Source of the DNA: Propionibacterium freudenreichii subsp. freudenreichii | Lineage (GTDB): Bacteria > Actinomycetota > Actinomycetes > Propionibacteriales > Propionibacteriaceae | NCBI RefSeq assembly: GCF_000940845.1 | Contig: NZ_CP010341.1 | Location: 2,340,001-2,372,000, forward strand | Direction: 5' to 3' | DNA: 32,000 nt | Notes under the pieces: generated by a model | Databases searched by the model: none | Told to the model about the DNA's origin: nothing | Seen by the model: only the letters and a program-made list of their open reading frames with translations | Program-made: the position numbers and the translations under genes | Part shown: in pieces, positions 1 to 8,734 of the stretch | Position numbering within the stretch: position 1 is the stretch's first letter | Layout of the letters: the number at the start of each line of letters is the position of its first letter

Positions 1-410
1 GGTGAGCAGAATCCGGGGGCGTTCGTCACGGCCACCCCGTGGGCGGTGGCGGCATCGGGGTCGATGTTCGACGAGCCGATCGCCTGCACCGCCGCGATCT
101 TCAGGTGGGGAAGTTGGTCGAGCACCGGATTGGTGACCTCGAAGTACTCCACCACCACGCCCTCGGCGTCGCCGACGGCCTTCACGAAGGTGTCGGGCCG
201 GTTGTCGCCGGGCTTGGCGTCCACCAGGTCGATGCGGTCGGTCATGCCCCACTGCTCGAGCAGCGCGTGCTCGTAGTCGAGGTCACCGTCGATGTTGAAG
301 TAGACCACCCGGGGGGTGCCGGTGGTCGGCTCGGCGACGCCCGGCGCCGTGGCTGCCGAGCTGGTGGCCCGCGCGGGGGCGGGCCGTCGGGCGTCCATCA
401 GCTCGCTCAT
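1..410 (-). CDS. D-isomer-specific 2-hydroxyacid dehydrogenase family protein, N-terminal part (gene runs off the left edge)
   Basis: Absent from the ORF track because there is no stop in the window. My reverse-strand translation from ATG at 410 gives MSELMDARRPAPARATSSAATAPGVAEPTTGTPRVVYFNIDGDLDYEHALLEQWGMTDRIDLVDAKPGDNRPDTFVKAVGDAEGVVVEYFEVTNPVLDQLPHLKIAAVQAIGSSNIDPDAATAHGVAVTNAPGFCS. The ...LKIAAVQAIGSSNIDPDAATAHGVAVTNAPG stretch is typical of this family. The ATG overlaps the upstream aminotransferase stop (ATGA, 407-410). Confidence 0.7.
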   Translation of the reverse strand, partial: MSELMDARRPAPARATSSAATAPGVAEPTTGTPRVVYFNIDGDLDYEHALLEQWGMTDRIDLVDAKPGDNRPDTFVKAVGDAEGVVVEYFEVTNPVLDQLPHLKIAAVQAIGSSNIDPDAATAHGVAVTNAPGFCS

Positions 411-1741
411 GCCGCCACCGCCTGCTTCGTGGTGGCGCCGGAGGTGTGCCGGGGCGCTTCCCGTGCCGAGACGGTGGTCAGGGCCTGGTGCAGGATGTCG
501 AGGCCCTCGTCGATGAGCTCGGTGGTGGTGTTGAGGGGCGTGGCGAAGCGCATGCCGTTGTGGCGCACCCCGCACGACAGGGTCATCAGGCCCTTGTCGA
601 GGCAGATGGCCCGCACCTCCTCCAGCAGGTCACCGCCGGGGCGCCCGTCGACGTGGTTGAGCTCGATGGCGCGCATCAGGCCCAGGCCGCGGGCGTCGGT
701 GACGATCGGGAACTCGTCCTTCAGCTCGTCGAGGCGGCCGGCCAGGTAGGAGCCGACGGCGTTGACGTTGTCGAGCAGGTGGGTCTCGGCGTAGACGTCG
801 AGCACGGCGAGCCCGGCGGATGCCACCACCGGGTTGCCGCCGAAGGTGCCGCCATGGCGTCCCGGACCCCAGGCGGCCATGATCTCGGGGGTGGACACCA
901 CGCCGCTGGCCGGCAGTCCACCGGCCATTGCCTTGCCGATGGTCATGATGTCGGGCACCACGTCGAAGTTCTCGGAGGCGAACATGCGCCCGGTGCGTCC
1001 GTAGCCGGCCTGGATCTCGTCGAAGATCAGCAGGATGCCGTTGTCGGTGCACAGCTGGCGCAGCGCCTTGACGAACCTGGTGGGCGGCACCACATAGCCG
1101 CCCTCGCCCTGCACCGGCTCCATGAGCACGGCGGCCACCGAATGGGGGTCGCGCACATAGGCGAACAGGTCGGTGAGCTGGCGCAGCGCCCAGTCGGCGA
1201 TCTGGTCGTCGGTGTAGCCCTCGGGTGACTGGTCGGCGCTGGGATAGGTCACCAGGTCGATGCCGGGAACCAGCGGGTCGTAGCCGGCGCGGTAGTGGGC
1301 GCTCGAGGCGGTCACCGAGGTGGCGGCGATCGTGCGTCCGTGGAAGGAGCCCTTGAAGGCGATGATGCCCGGACGCCCGGTGTACGCCTTGGCCAGCTTG
1401 AGGGCGCCGTCGGTGGCCTCGGCGCCGCCGTTGGAGAAGAAGGTGCTGCCCAGTTCGCCCGGTGCGATCTCGGCGATCCGCTTGGCCCACTTGAGGGTGG
1501 ACTCGTAGTTCACCACGTTGAACGAACAGGTGAGCAGTTTGCCGACCTGCTCGCGGATGGCCTCCACCACGCGCGGATGGCAATGGCCCAGCGCGTTCAC
1601 GGCGATGCCCTGCACCCAGTCGAGGTAGCGCCGTCCGCTCACGTCCCACACATAGGAACCCTCGCCGTGGTCGATCACCAGGTTGGTGGCCTTCGACAGC
1701 GCAGGGCTGAGGTACTGCTTGTAGTCCTCGTAGGTGATCAC
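407..1741 (-). CDS. Class-III pyridoxal-phosphate-dependent aminotransferase (GabT-like)
   Basis: ORF 407..1855. Family motifs: SNGGAEATDGALKLA, LIFDEIQAGYGRTGRMFA, PDIMTIGKAMAGGLP (PLP-lysine context), GGTFGGNP. I place the start at GTG 1741 (VITYEDYKQYL...) because GAGGAGG lies just upstream; the upstream 38 codons are Pro/Arg-rich and non-protein-like. Confidence 0.9.
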   Translation of the reverse strand: MITYEDYKQYLSPALSKATNLVIDHGEGSYVWDVSGRRYLDWVQGIAVNALGHCHPRVVEAIREQVGKLLTCSFNVVNYESTLKWAKRIAEIAPGELGSTFFSNGGAEATDGALKLAKAYTGRPGIIAFKGSFHGRTIAATSVTASSAHYRAGYDPLVPGIDLVTYPSADQSPEGYTDDQIADWALRQLTDLFAYVRDPHSVAAVLMEPVQGEGGYVVPPTRFVKALRQLCTDNGILLIFDEIQAGYGRTGRMFASENFDVVPDIMTIGKAMAGGLPASGVVSTPEIMAAWGPGRHGGTFGGNPVVASAGLAVLDVYAETHLLDNVNAVGSYLAGRLDELKDEFPIVTDARGLGLMRAIELNHVDGRPGGDLLEEVRAICLDKGLMTLSCGVRHNGMRFATPLNTTTELIDEGLDILHQALTTVSAREAPRHTSGATTKQAVAA

Positions 1742-1920
1742 ATCGTCCTCCTCGGGTCGTCGCTGCGGATTCCGTGGCCCGTCGGTTCGTGGCCTGTTCA
1801 ACCGGGGATCCGTACTGTTTGGCGCCAGCCTAGGAACGGTCCACGGCCCGTCCATGGGCCGTCTCGTACACTTTCTGGACGCGCATGGTCCCGTATGTAC
1901 CGCGCGCGTAGCCTGCTGCC

Positions 1921-3417
1921 ATGGCGATCACGGTGCGCGACCTGCTGGCGGCCCCCGAACTGCGCCTCGTGCTGCGCGAGCCCGGCGGCGAGGGTGCCCT
2001 GGACCGTGCCGTGCGGTGGATCCACCAGAGCGAGCTGCCCGATTCCACCGGTTTCACCGAGCCGGGCGAGGTGCTCATCACCACCGGGGCGGTGTTGCCG
2101 CAGGGCGCCGAGGCCGATTCGGACCACGGTCGTCGCCTGTACGCCGACTATGTGCAACGGCTGCGCGACACCTCGGTGGTGGCGCTGGGCTTCGGCCTGG
2201 GCCCGCAGCACGAAACGGTGCCCGGATCACTGCTCACCGCCGCCCACCAGGCCGGCCTGCCGCTGTTCGAGATCCCCTGGGCGATTCCCTTCTCGGCGGT
2301 GGTGAAGGCGGTCTCGCAGGCGCAGGCCAGTGCCGAGCAGGCGAACCTGTTGCGCACCAACCGGGCGCAGCGACGCCTCATCGGGGCGGTCGGACGGGCC
2401 GATGCGGCCCATGCGCTGGTGTCCACCACGGCCCAGATCATCGACGGCTGGTCGGCGCTCACCGACACCAGCGGGCATGTGATCACGCGCGCCGGGGCGG
2501 TGCCCCTGGAACGCCTGGCCGAGCTGGCCACCGTGCACCAGGGGGCCGGGCGCGCATCGAGCTTCGCGACCGGGGCGATGGTGCAGAACATCGACGGCGT
2601 GCAGGGCCGGCGCATCGGCCTGCTCATGGCCGGACGACGCCGCGACCTCGACTCGATCGAACAGTCGGCCTGCCTGCTCGCCGCCCAGTTGTTGGGGGTG
2701 CAATTGGCGTTGTCACAGCAACATCACGACGCCATGGCCGGGGTGCGCAACCTGCTGCTCGCCGAGGTGCTGGCCGGACGCACCCTGGCCGCGCAGCATT
2801 CCGACGACGTCGTATGGCCCCAGGTGCCGGCCGACCCGGTGCTGCTGGCCTGCGTGGCGGGCGACCCACGGGTGCTGGCCGAGATCCCGCTGGCCGACCT
2901 GCGGGTGGTGTGGGGCATCGTCGAGGAGCGGTTGTGGATCGTACTGGCGCCGGCGCAGCGCCAACGCCTGGCGGAGCGCCTGCGGCGTCGGGCCCTGTCG
3001 TTCTCGATCTCAGCGCCGTGCGGATGGGGGGACCTGGCCGAGGTGAAGCACGCCACGCTGGCCGGCTTGTTGGGTGAGGGCAGTGCGGGGCAGGCGTCGC
3101 TGCTCGACCTGTTGCCGCCGCGTCAGGCGTCGGCCTTCGCCACGGCGACGCTGGGTCCGCTGGCCACCGCCGAGTTCAGTGACCTGCTGGCCACCCTGGG
3201 CGTGTGGCTCGACCAGAACGGTTCGGTGGAGCGTGCCGCCGAGCAGCTGGGCGTGCACCGCCACACCGTGCGACGCCGGGTGCAGCGCGCCGCCACCCTG
3301 GTGGGTCCCAGCGTCGAGACCCCGCAGGGACGCCACGAGCTGTGGTTCGCCTGCGAGGTGTTGCGACGCGCCCGGGGCGGTGCCGACGCCTCTGGTCCGC
3401 GACCCGCCACCGGATGA
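1921..3417 (+). CDS. PucR-family transcriptional regulator
   Basis: N-terminus MAITVRDLLAAPELRLVLREPGGEGALDRAVRWIHQSELPD...GEVLITTG is a typical PucR N-domain. The C-terminal HTH is LATLGVWLDQNGSVERAAEQLGVHRHTVRRRVQRAATLVG. Divergent from the aminotransferase operon. Confidence 0.9.
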   Translation: MAITVRDLLAAPELRLVLREPGGEGALDRAVRWIHQSELPDSTGFTEPGEVLITTGAVLPQGAEADSDHGRRLYADYVQRLRDTSVVALGFGLGPQHETVPGSLLTAAHQAGLPLFEIPWAIPFSAVVKAVSQAQASAEQANLLRTNRAQRRLIGAVGRADAAHALVSTTAQIIDGWSALTDTSGHVITRAGAVPLERLAELATVHQGAGRASSFATGAMVQNIDGVQGRRIGLLMAGRRRDLDSIEQSACLLAAQLLGVQLALSQQHHDAMAGVRNLLLAEVLAGRTLAAQHSDDVVWPQVPADPVLLACVAGDPRVLAEIPLADLRVVWGIVEERLWIVLAPAQRQRLAERLRRRALSFSISAPCGWGDLAEVKHATLAGLLGEGSAGQASLLDLLPPRQASAFATATLGPLATAEFSDLLATLGVWLDQNGSVERAAEQLGVHRHTVRRRVQRAATLVGPSVETPQGRHELWFACEVLRRARGGADASGPRPATG

Positions 3418-3427
3418 TGGGGTCGAC

Positions 3428-3451
3428 AAAAGCACCGTCCACGGTGCTTTA
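3428..3451 (+). terminator. Intrinsic-terminator-like hairpin downstream of the PucR gene
   Basis: AAAGCACCG-tcca-CGGTGCTTT: 9-bp stem, 4-nt loop, A-tract before and T-tract (CTTTAT) after, 11 nt past the stop codon. Confidence 0.5.
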
Positions 3452-3488
3452 TCCGCACCTATCCTGCTGGTCCCCATGCCCACGGCCG

Positions 3489-3536
3489 TTAAGTGGGCAC
3501 CTGTGCGGCGTCATTCCCGCACAACTGCCCACTCAG
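3489..3536. repeat. 48-bp palindromic intergenic repeat, copy 1
   Basis: ttaagtGGGCACCTGTGCGGcgtcattCCCGCACAACTGCCCactcag. The arms form a roughly 15-bp imperfect stem. The 42-nt core 3495-3536 is identical to 3698-3739. Confidence 0.85.
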
Positions 3537-3571
3537 CGATCAGATGGCGGCGGGACCAGCCTGATCGGGCC

Positions 3572-3619
3572 TTAAGTGGAGGGTTTCGATGCGTCTAATC
3601 ACCACAACCATCCACTGAG
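3572..3619. repeat. Degenerate copy of the 48-bp repeat
   Basis: Same 48-nt length and same termini (ttaagtgg...ccactgag); the 3' half is partly conserved and the palindrome is largely lost. Confidence 0.4.
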
Positions 3620-3691
3620 TGACGAACCAGGACGAACCGGACGCCACACACATGCCGCGGGCCGCCAGGCCGCGTCCGGCAAGGAACCCCA

Positions 3692-3739
3692 CTAATTGGG
3701 CACCTGTGCGGCGTCATTCCCGCACAACTGCCCACTCAG
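3692..3739. repeat. 48-bp palindromic intergenic repeat, copy 2
   Basis: ctaattGGGCACCTGTGCGGcgtcattCCCGCACAACTGCCCactcag. The core is identical to copy 1. Confidence 0.85.
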
Positions 3740-3919
3740 CCGCCATCGCAACCGCTTCCGGCGTCACGGGCCGCCCATCCGACCCGCTCCAGCACTGACC
3801 GCCGCGGCCGACTACTCCCGCACCGGCCTCCCACCCCCGCGCTGGCTACGCTGAGGAGTCGGGCCCGCCCCACGCGGCCGGGCCCGACCACCACGCACCC
3901 GTGAACGCCAGGAGATCCG

Positions 3920-4048
3920 ATGAGACGTGCAGCCCTGATCATTGCCGCAATCGCCGCCACCGCCGCGGGGGCCGTGCTGATCCACCGCCGCAACGCCCGG
4001 GCGCGCGATGCCGAGCTGTGGAGCCGGGCAGCGGACCCGATCGCCTGA
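3920..4048 (+). CDS. Small single-pass membrane protein, DLW-39-family-like (42 aa)
   Basis: Below the ORF-track size cutoff. AGGAGA (3910-3915) lies 4 nt before ATG 3920. Translation: MRRAALIIAAIAATAAGAVLIHRRNARARDAELWSRAADPIA*, i.e. one hydrophobic helix, a basic patch, then D-x-E-L-W. From memory this matches the pattern of the actinobacterial 'DLW-39' micro-protein family. Confidence 0.55.
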   Translation: MRRAALIIAAIAATAAGAVLIHRRNARARDAELWSRAADPIA

Positions 4049-4134
4049 TCCACCACCGGACGCACCCGTCCACGCGCCCGGGGGCCCGTGCAACCCGGAT
4101 CCAGCCCCTGATCGGGTTCAACCCATGACCGGCT

Positions 4135-6018
4135 TCAGCCCATGATCGGCAGGTCCTCGCGACTGCCGGCCTCCCAATCAAGCAGCAACAGGTGCTCGTC
4201 GCCACGCACCGGGATCGCCTGCGGAAAGCGCTCGGCACTCACCTGGCGACTCTTGTACCGCGCGTACTCGGGGGGCACCCGCCGACTGCCGACGCGCAGC
4301 CCCTCCTGCCAGGTGAGCTGCGCCTTGCCGTAGGGCGGCCGCAGGCTCAGCCGGTCGCCGGTCAGCGCCACGCGATGTTGCTTGAGCTGGTCGACGAAGG
4401 CCCCGATCGAACGGAACTCCCGCTCGTCGCCCAGCACCACCGCATATCCGGTGTGCACGCCACGCTGCACCACCTCGAACTCACTGGCGAGGTCCAAGGT
4501 GCTGGTCGCCACGATGCCCACATAGCTGCCGTCGCGGCTGCCGGCCACCCACGTCGGCCCCACCCGGGTGACGTCGAAGTCGACGAAGGGGAAGTGGATG
4601 TGCGTGTACAGGTTGCGGTTGCCCTCCAGGTGCCCGCGACGCCCCGACAGGTCGTACTGCACCAGCAACAGGTTGTCGCGCTGGGCGATGTCGGGGTTCA
4701 CGCCGTTGCCCACCCAGCCACCGCCGGCCCAGCCATCGGACGCGCGACCATTGGACGCGCCACCGGGAACCCCGTCGCCGACCGTGCGGAAGGCGGGATG
4801 GTTGCCGAACACGGCGATGCCGCCGGGCAGGCACGCCTGCCACAGGGCCTGCTGGTCGCCGAAGCCGCCGGGGTGATAGCTCTGCGCGCTGCTCAACAGG
4901 TAGGCGGGAGTGCGGAAGGTCTGCACATTGCCGCGCTGCAGCGCCATCCCGTCGGTCACCGGACGCAGCGCCCTCAGCAGCGGCGAGCGCAGGGACGCCG
5001 GCACCGCATCCAGTTGCGTCATTGACGCCAGGAAGCGGTTGGTGGACTGCTTGGCGCTCATCCGCACGGCGCGGGTGGCCGACACCACCTCGCGGTTGGT
5101 GAATGCCTGCATCGCCCACCAGAAGCGGGCCAGCGCGGCAGGTGAGGTGCGGGGGAAGTTGGGGTCGGCGGCCAACACCTCGGGAACCTCGTCCACGTCG
5201 AGGCCCTGGGAGGTGAGCACCCGCATGGTGGCATCGCTGGCGGCGATCTCACGCAACGCCAGCGGCACCTTGTAGCGGTGGCGGCACACGAAGATCGCGC
5301 CCAGCTGGTCGGTATCGATCAGCGGCAGGGCCGGGCCGTAGGCGGCATCCACGATCACCTGCGCCGCCGAGTGCTCGGGGTGCATGCGCACCATCGCGCT
5401 GGCGCTGGCCGACGCCGCCACGAAGCGTCCATCGAAGCGGTGCAGCGCCAGATCGGCCAGCAGCAGGTCGAGCACCATGCTGGCCCTGATCACCAGTTTC
5501 TCGTCGCGGGCGTAGTCGATCAGCAGGGTCAGCGCGGCCACGTCAATGGCGTAGCAGTCGCCCGAGAGCCATTCACTGAAGCCATAGCGGAATCGATCGC
5601 TGAGCCAGCGCACCACCCGCGTGGCCCCGTGGCCCAGCAGTTCCCCGCCGCGGCGACGCTCGTCGGTGAACGTGTTATCGACAAACTCCTGGCCGGCCAG
5701 GTATTCGCATACCGCGAAGCTGATCTGGTGGCTCTCGGTCCAGGTGCACATGGCGTCGCTGCCGGGATGGTCGACGTCGTAACGGAAGCCGAGGATGGCG
5801 GCGCGCACGCGGTCGCGCTGCTGGTCATCGAACTGCCCGCGACACTCGAACCATGTCTTGAGTAGGAGCAACAGCCGATGATCGGCCCGGTCGACGCGCT
5901 GATCGACGTCGCGGCACAGCCTTTCCACGTAGTGCTCGTCGCAGCCGGCCATGCCGTAGCCGGGCCACTCGGCTGCGCGGTGGGTGGGGACCTTTGTGGG
6001 AATGTCGTGCAGCGACAT
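4135..6018 (-). CDS. Large conserved hypothetical protein (weak resemblance to heparinase II/III-type polysaccharide lyases)
   Basis: ORF 4135..6126. Start placed at ATG 6018 (MSLHDIPTKV...) because AGGAGG lies upstream (reverse complement of 6023-6028). The helical N-half and beta-rich C-half (…YHPGGFGDQQALWQACLPGGIAVFGNHP…) suggest an alpha/alpha-toroid plus beta-sandwich; the functional call is weak. Confidence 0.8.
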   Translation of the reverse strand: MSLHDIPTKVPTHRAAEWPGYGMAGCDEHYVERLCRDVDQRVDRADHRLLLLLKTWFECRGQFDDQQRDRVRAAILGFRYDVDHPGSDAMCTWTESHQISFAVCEYLAGQEFVDNTFTDERRRGGELLGHGATRVVRWLSDRFRYGFSEWLSGDCYAIDVAALTLLIDYARDEKLVIRASMVLDLLLADLALHRFDGRFVAASASASAMVRMHPEHSAAQVIVDAAYGPALPLIDTDQLGAIFVCRHRYKVPLALREIAASDATMRVLTSQGLDVDEVPEVLAADPNFPRTSPAALARFWWAMQAFTNREVVSATRAVRMSAKQSTNRFLASMTQLDAVPASLRSPLLRALRPVTDGMALQRGNVQTFRTPAYLLSSAQSYHPGGFGDQQALWQACLPGGIAVFGNHPAFRTVGDGVPGGASNGRASDGWAGGGWVGNGVNPDIAQRDNLLLVQYDLSGRRGHLEGNRNLYTHIHFPFVDFDVTRVGPTWVAGSRDGSYVGIVATSTLDLASEFEVVQRGVHTGYAVVLGDEREFRSIGAFVDQLKQHRVALTGDRLSLRPPYGKAQLTWQEGLRVGSRRVPPEYARYKSRQVSAERFPQAIPVRGDEHLLLLDWEAGSREDLPIMG

Positions 6019-6218
6019 ACGCCTCCTAGGGGGGATCGAAGGTGTTTGAGTTGGTGGAAAAAACGATACGAACCGCCCCCCGGCCACAAATCGGCGCCCC
6101 GGCGATGAGTGCGGCAGGGGCCTCATTTAGGATCGCGAGACCTGCACTGGTGCAGCAGCGTGAAATGGGCGCTTTCCGGCACGAACCGGCGACGCAAACC
6201 GTTATCGCCGCAACGGTC

Positions 6219-6354
6219 GCCTGCCCTGTGGGTCGCTGACGGTCCACTCGCGACATCGTCCATGCGGGACGCCCACGCCCGGGGGCCTGCCCTGTGGGTC
6301 GCTGCCTCCCCGGAGGGCCCACCCAGCCGCCCGCGGGCACGCCCACCGCAGGGC
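6219..6354. repeat. Diverged tandem duplication (~67-69 bp x2) in the divergent intergenic region
   Basis: The 20-mer gcctgccctgtgggtcgctg occurs at 6219-6238 and 6286-6305. The unit ends are also similar (gcgggacgcccacgcc vs gcgggcacgcccaccgc). Confidence 0.6.
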
Positions 6355-6391
6355 TCCCGGCCGCGTCGGGGCGCATCTAGGCTGGTGAATC

Positions 6392-7801
6392 ATGACTTCT
6401 ACCCGCCTGCCGTGGCCCACGATGCCCGGCGGCTGGGACCGCGAGGGTCCCGAGCCGGTGTCGCGTTGGGACGTGATGCTCACCGCCGCCCTCATGGTGG
6501 GCACCAGCTTCTGGGGCGACCTGATGGCCAACCACCAGGGCCACTATGTGGCGTCCGTGCTCACCTCGCTGGCGATCACCGCGCCGGTGGTGCTGCGGCG
6601 TCGGCGTCCCCTGCTCATGCTGGCGATCGTGTCGGTGGCAAGCCTCGTGCAGTGCGTCACCGTGTCGGGACCCACCGCCTCACTGCTGGCCGTGCCGGTG
6701 GTCGCCTATTCGGTGGCCAAGTGGGTCAGCGGCCACGACTCGCGCCTGGTGCTGCTCAGCGGCCTGATCGGTGCCGTCATCGGCCCGCTGCGCTGGATCG
6801 GGTCGGTGAACTTCGTCGACGGCTATGCCGGACGCGTCCGCATGCTCGTGCTGCTGTTCGTGATGTGCTTCGCGGCCGTGCTGGTGCCCTATCTCATCGG
6901 ACGCCGGGTGCGCGAGAACGACATCACGGGCCAGGAGCGGGCGCGCGCCGCCGAGCAGCGCTACCAGGCCGAGCTGGCCACCCGCGAGGAGCGGGCGCGG
7001 GCCACCGAGGCCCGGGTGCGCAATGACATCGCGCGCGAGCTGCACGATGTGGTGGCCCACTCGCTGAGCGTGATCATCGTGCAGGCCGAGGGGGGCAAGG
7101 CGCTGGCGCGCAAGAACCCGCCCGCGGCCGCCGAGACCCTCGACACCATCGCCGAGACCGGACGCGAGGCACTCACCGAGATGCGCCGCATGGTGGGCGT
7201 GCTGCGCGCCGGGCCGGGCGGCACCGAATATGCACCGCAGCCCGGCCTGGGCGACATCGCCGAGATGGTGCAACGCGCCGGCGACCGGGTGAGCCTGCAG
7301 GTCACCGGGGCCCAGCCCGCAGTGCCCGCCACCGTGGGGCTGGCCGCCTACCGGGTGGTGCAGGAGGCGTTGACCAACTTCTTCAAGCATGCCGGCCCGC
7401 AGGCCACCTGCCGGGTGCAGATCAACTACGGCGCGGCCGATATCGACATCGAGGTGGCCGACAACGGCATGGGTTCCAAGGCCCCCAATGACGGGGCCGG
7501 CAATGGGCTGAAGGGCATGCAGGAGCGCGTCGGGGCCGTCGGCGGAAAGCTGAATGCCCGCGCCCGGCGCACCGGTGGGTTCCAGGTGAAGGCGCTGTTG
7601 CCGATCGCCGCGAAGCCCCCGAAGGTCGCCACGTCAGAGCCCGCCAGTGCCCCGGCGCAGGCCGATGGCGGGGAGCCGGCCGACGGCGGGGTGCCGGCTG
7701 CGCAGCCCGCCGATCCCGCGCCGGAAGGTCGCGTCGATCGCGGAGCGCCGCATCAGGCGTCCCCTCAGGGGCCCGGGCACCACGACGGGCCGGTAGCGTG
7801 A
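6392..7801 (+). CDS. Sensor histidine kinase, HisKA_3 (NarX/DesK/LiaS) type
   Basis: N-terminal hydrophobic segments. H-box RNDIARELHDVVAHSLSVIIVQAEGG. HATPase_c boxes EALTNFFKHAG, VADNGMG, GNGLKGMQERV. Pro/Ala-rich C-terminal tail. Confidence 0.9.
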   Translation: MTSTRLPWPTMPGGWDREGPEPVSRWDVMLTAALMVGTSFWGDLMANHQGHYVASVLTSLAITAPVVLRRRRPLLMLAIVSVASLVQCVTVSGPTASLLAVPVVAYSVAKWVSGHDSRLVLLSGLIGAVIGPLRWIGSVNFVDGYAGRVRMLVLLFVMCFAAVLVPYLIGRRVRENDITGQERARAAEQRYQAELATREERARATEARVRNDIARELHDVVAHSLSVIIVQAEGGKALARKNPPAAAETLDTIAETGREALTEMRRMVGVLRAGPGGTEYAPQPGLGDIAEMVQRAGDRVSLQVTGAQPAVPATVGLAAYRVVQEALTNFFKHAGPQATCRVQINYGAADIDIEVADNGMGSKAPNDGAGNGLKGMQERVGAVGGKLNARARRTGGFQVKALLPIAAKPPKVATSEPASAPAQADGGEPADGGVPAAQPADPAPEGRVDRGAPHQASPQGPGHHDGPVA

Positions 7802-7834
7802 GGCGACAAGGTGACGCGATGACGAGGAGAACGC

Positions 7835-8497
7835 ATGTCTGATCCGATCACGGTCTTTCTGGCGGACGATCAGGAGCTGGTCCGCAGCGGGTTCCGCATG
7901 CTCATCGACGCCGAGGACGACATGGAGGTGGTCGGCGAGGGCGTCGACGGGGCCGATACCGTGCGCCAGATCGCCACGCTGCGTCCCGATGTGGTGCTGA
8001 TGGACATCCGCATGCCGGGCATGGATGGCGTGGAGGCCACCAAGCAGGTGGTGGCGCTGGACAATGGCACGAAGGTGCTGGTGCTCACCACCTTTGACCT
8101 CGACGAATATGTGTTCGCCGCACTCAAGGCCGGCGCCTCCGGCTTCCTGCTGAAGGACACCCGCCCGGCCGACCTGCTCAGCGCGATCCGTGCGGTGGCC
8201 GCCGGTGATTCGGTGGTGGCTCCCAGTGCGACGCGCCGGCTGCTCGACCATGTGGCGCCCACCCTGCCCGACCACGTGGGCGAGCCCGACGAGCGCCTCG
8301 ACGTGCTCACCGACCGCGAGCGCGAGGTGCTGGTGGAGGTGGCCAAGGGCGCCACGAACGCCGAGATCGCCACGAACCTGTTCATGGCCGAGGGCACCGT
8401 GAAGACCCACATCGGACGCCTGCTGGCGAAGTTGCATTGCCGTGACCGCGTGGGCCTGGTGCTGTTCGCCTATGAGACGGGACTGGCGCCCGCCTGA
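7835..8497 (+). CDS. Response regulator, NarL/LuxR family
   Basis: REC domain (ITVFLADDQELVR...DVVLMDIRMPGMDG) plus LuxR HTH (LTDREREVLVEVAKGATNAEIATNLFMAEGTVKTHIGRLLAKL). GAGGAG RBS before the ATG. Confidence 0.93.
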   Translation: MSDPITVFLADDQELVRSGFRMLIDAEDDMEVVGEGVDGADTVRQIATLRPDVVLMDIRMPGMDGVEATKQVVALDNGTKVLVLTTFDLDEYVFAALKAGASGFLLKDTRPADLLSAIRAVAAGDSVVAPSATRRLLDHVAPTLPDHVGEPDERLDVLTDREREVLVEVAKGATNAEIATNLFMAEGTVKTHIGRLLAKLHCRDRVGLVLFAYETGLAPA

Positions 8498-8600
8498 GGT
8501 GGGGCGGTTCGGCGTCGGCCATCCCCCCAGATATCGCCCTGCCGCCGGGCCCCGGCATCCTGCGGCCCACATGCTGCGATCCGCCGCCCTGTGGACACCG

Positions 8601-8648
8601 TTAGGTGGACAGTTGTGCGGCAATGACGCCGCACAGTTGACCACTTAG
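8601..8648. repeat. 48-bp palindromic intergenic repeat, inverted-orientation copy
   Basis: ttaggtGGACAGTTGTGCGGcaatgacGCCGCACAGTTGACCacttag. This is similar to the reverse complement of copies 1/2; the loop caatgac corresponds to the reverse complement of cgtcatt. Confidence 0.8.
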
Positions 8649-8734
8649 CGCCCGATCCGGGACCGCGGCCGCGTCGGCGTCCGGGTCGGCACGCTCCCCT
8701 CCGGCGCCGACCACCACCCCCGGCCGACCCCGTC

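Noticed and set aside
3489-3739. Could the clustered 48-bp repeats be a small CRISPR array?
   Set aside because: There are only two intact copies plus one degenerate copy, with irregular spacing (83 and 120 bp). The repeat is a long near-perfect palindrome. A further copy lies 5 kb away in inverted orientation, and no cas genes are in the window. It behaves like a REP/MITE-type element, not CRISPR.
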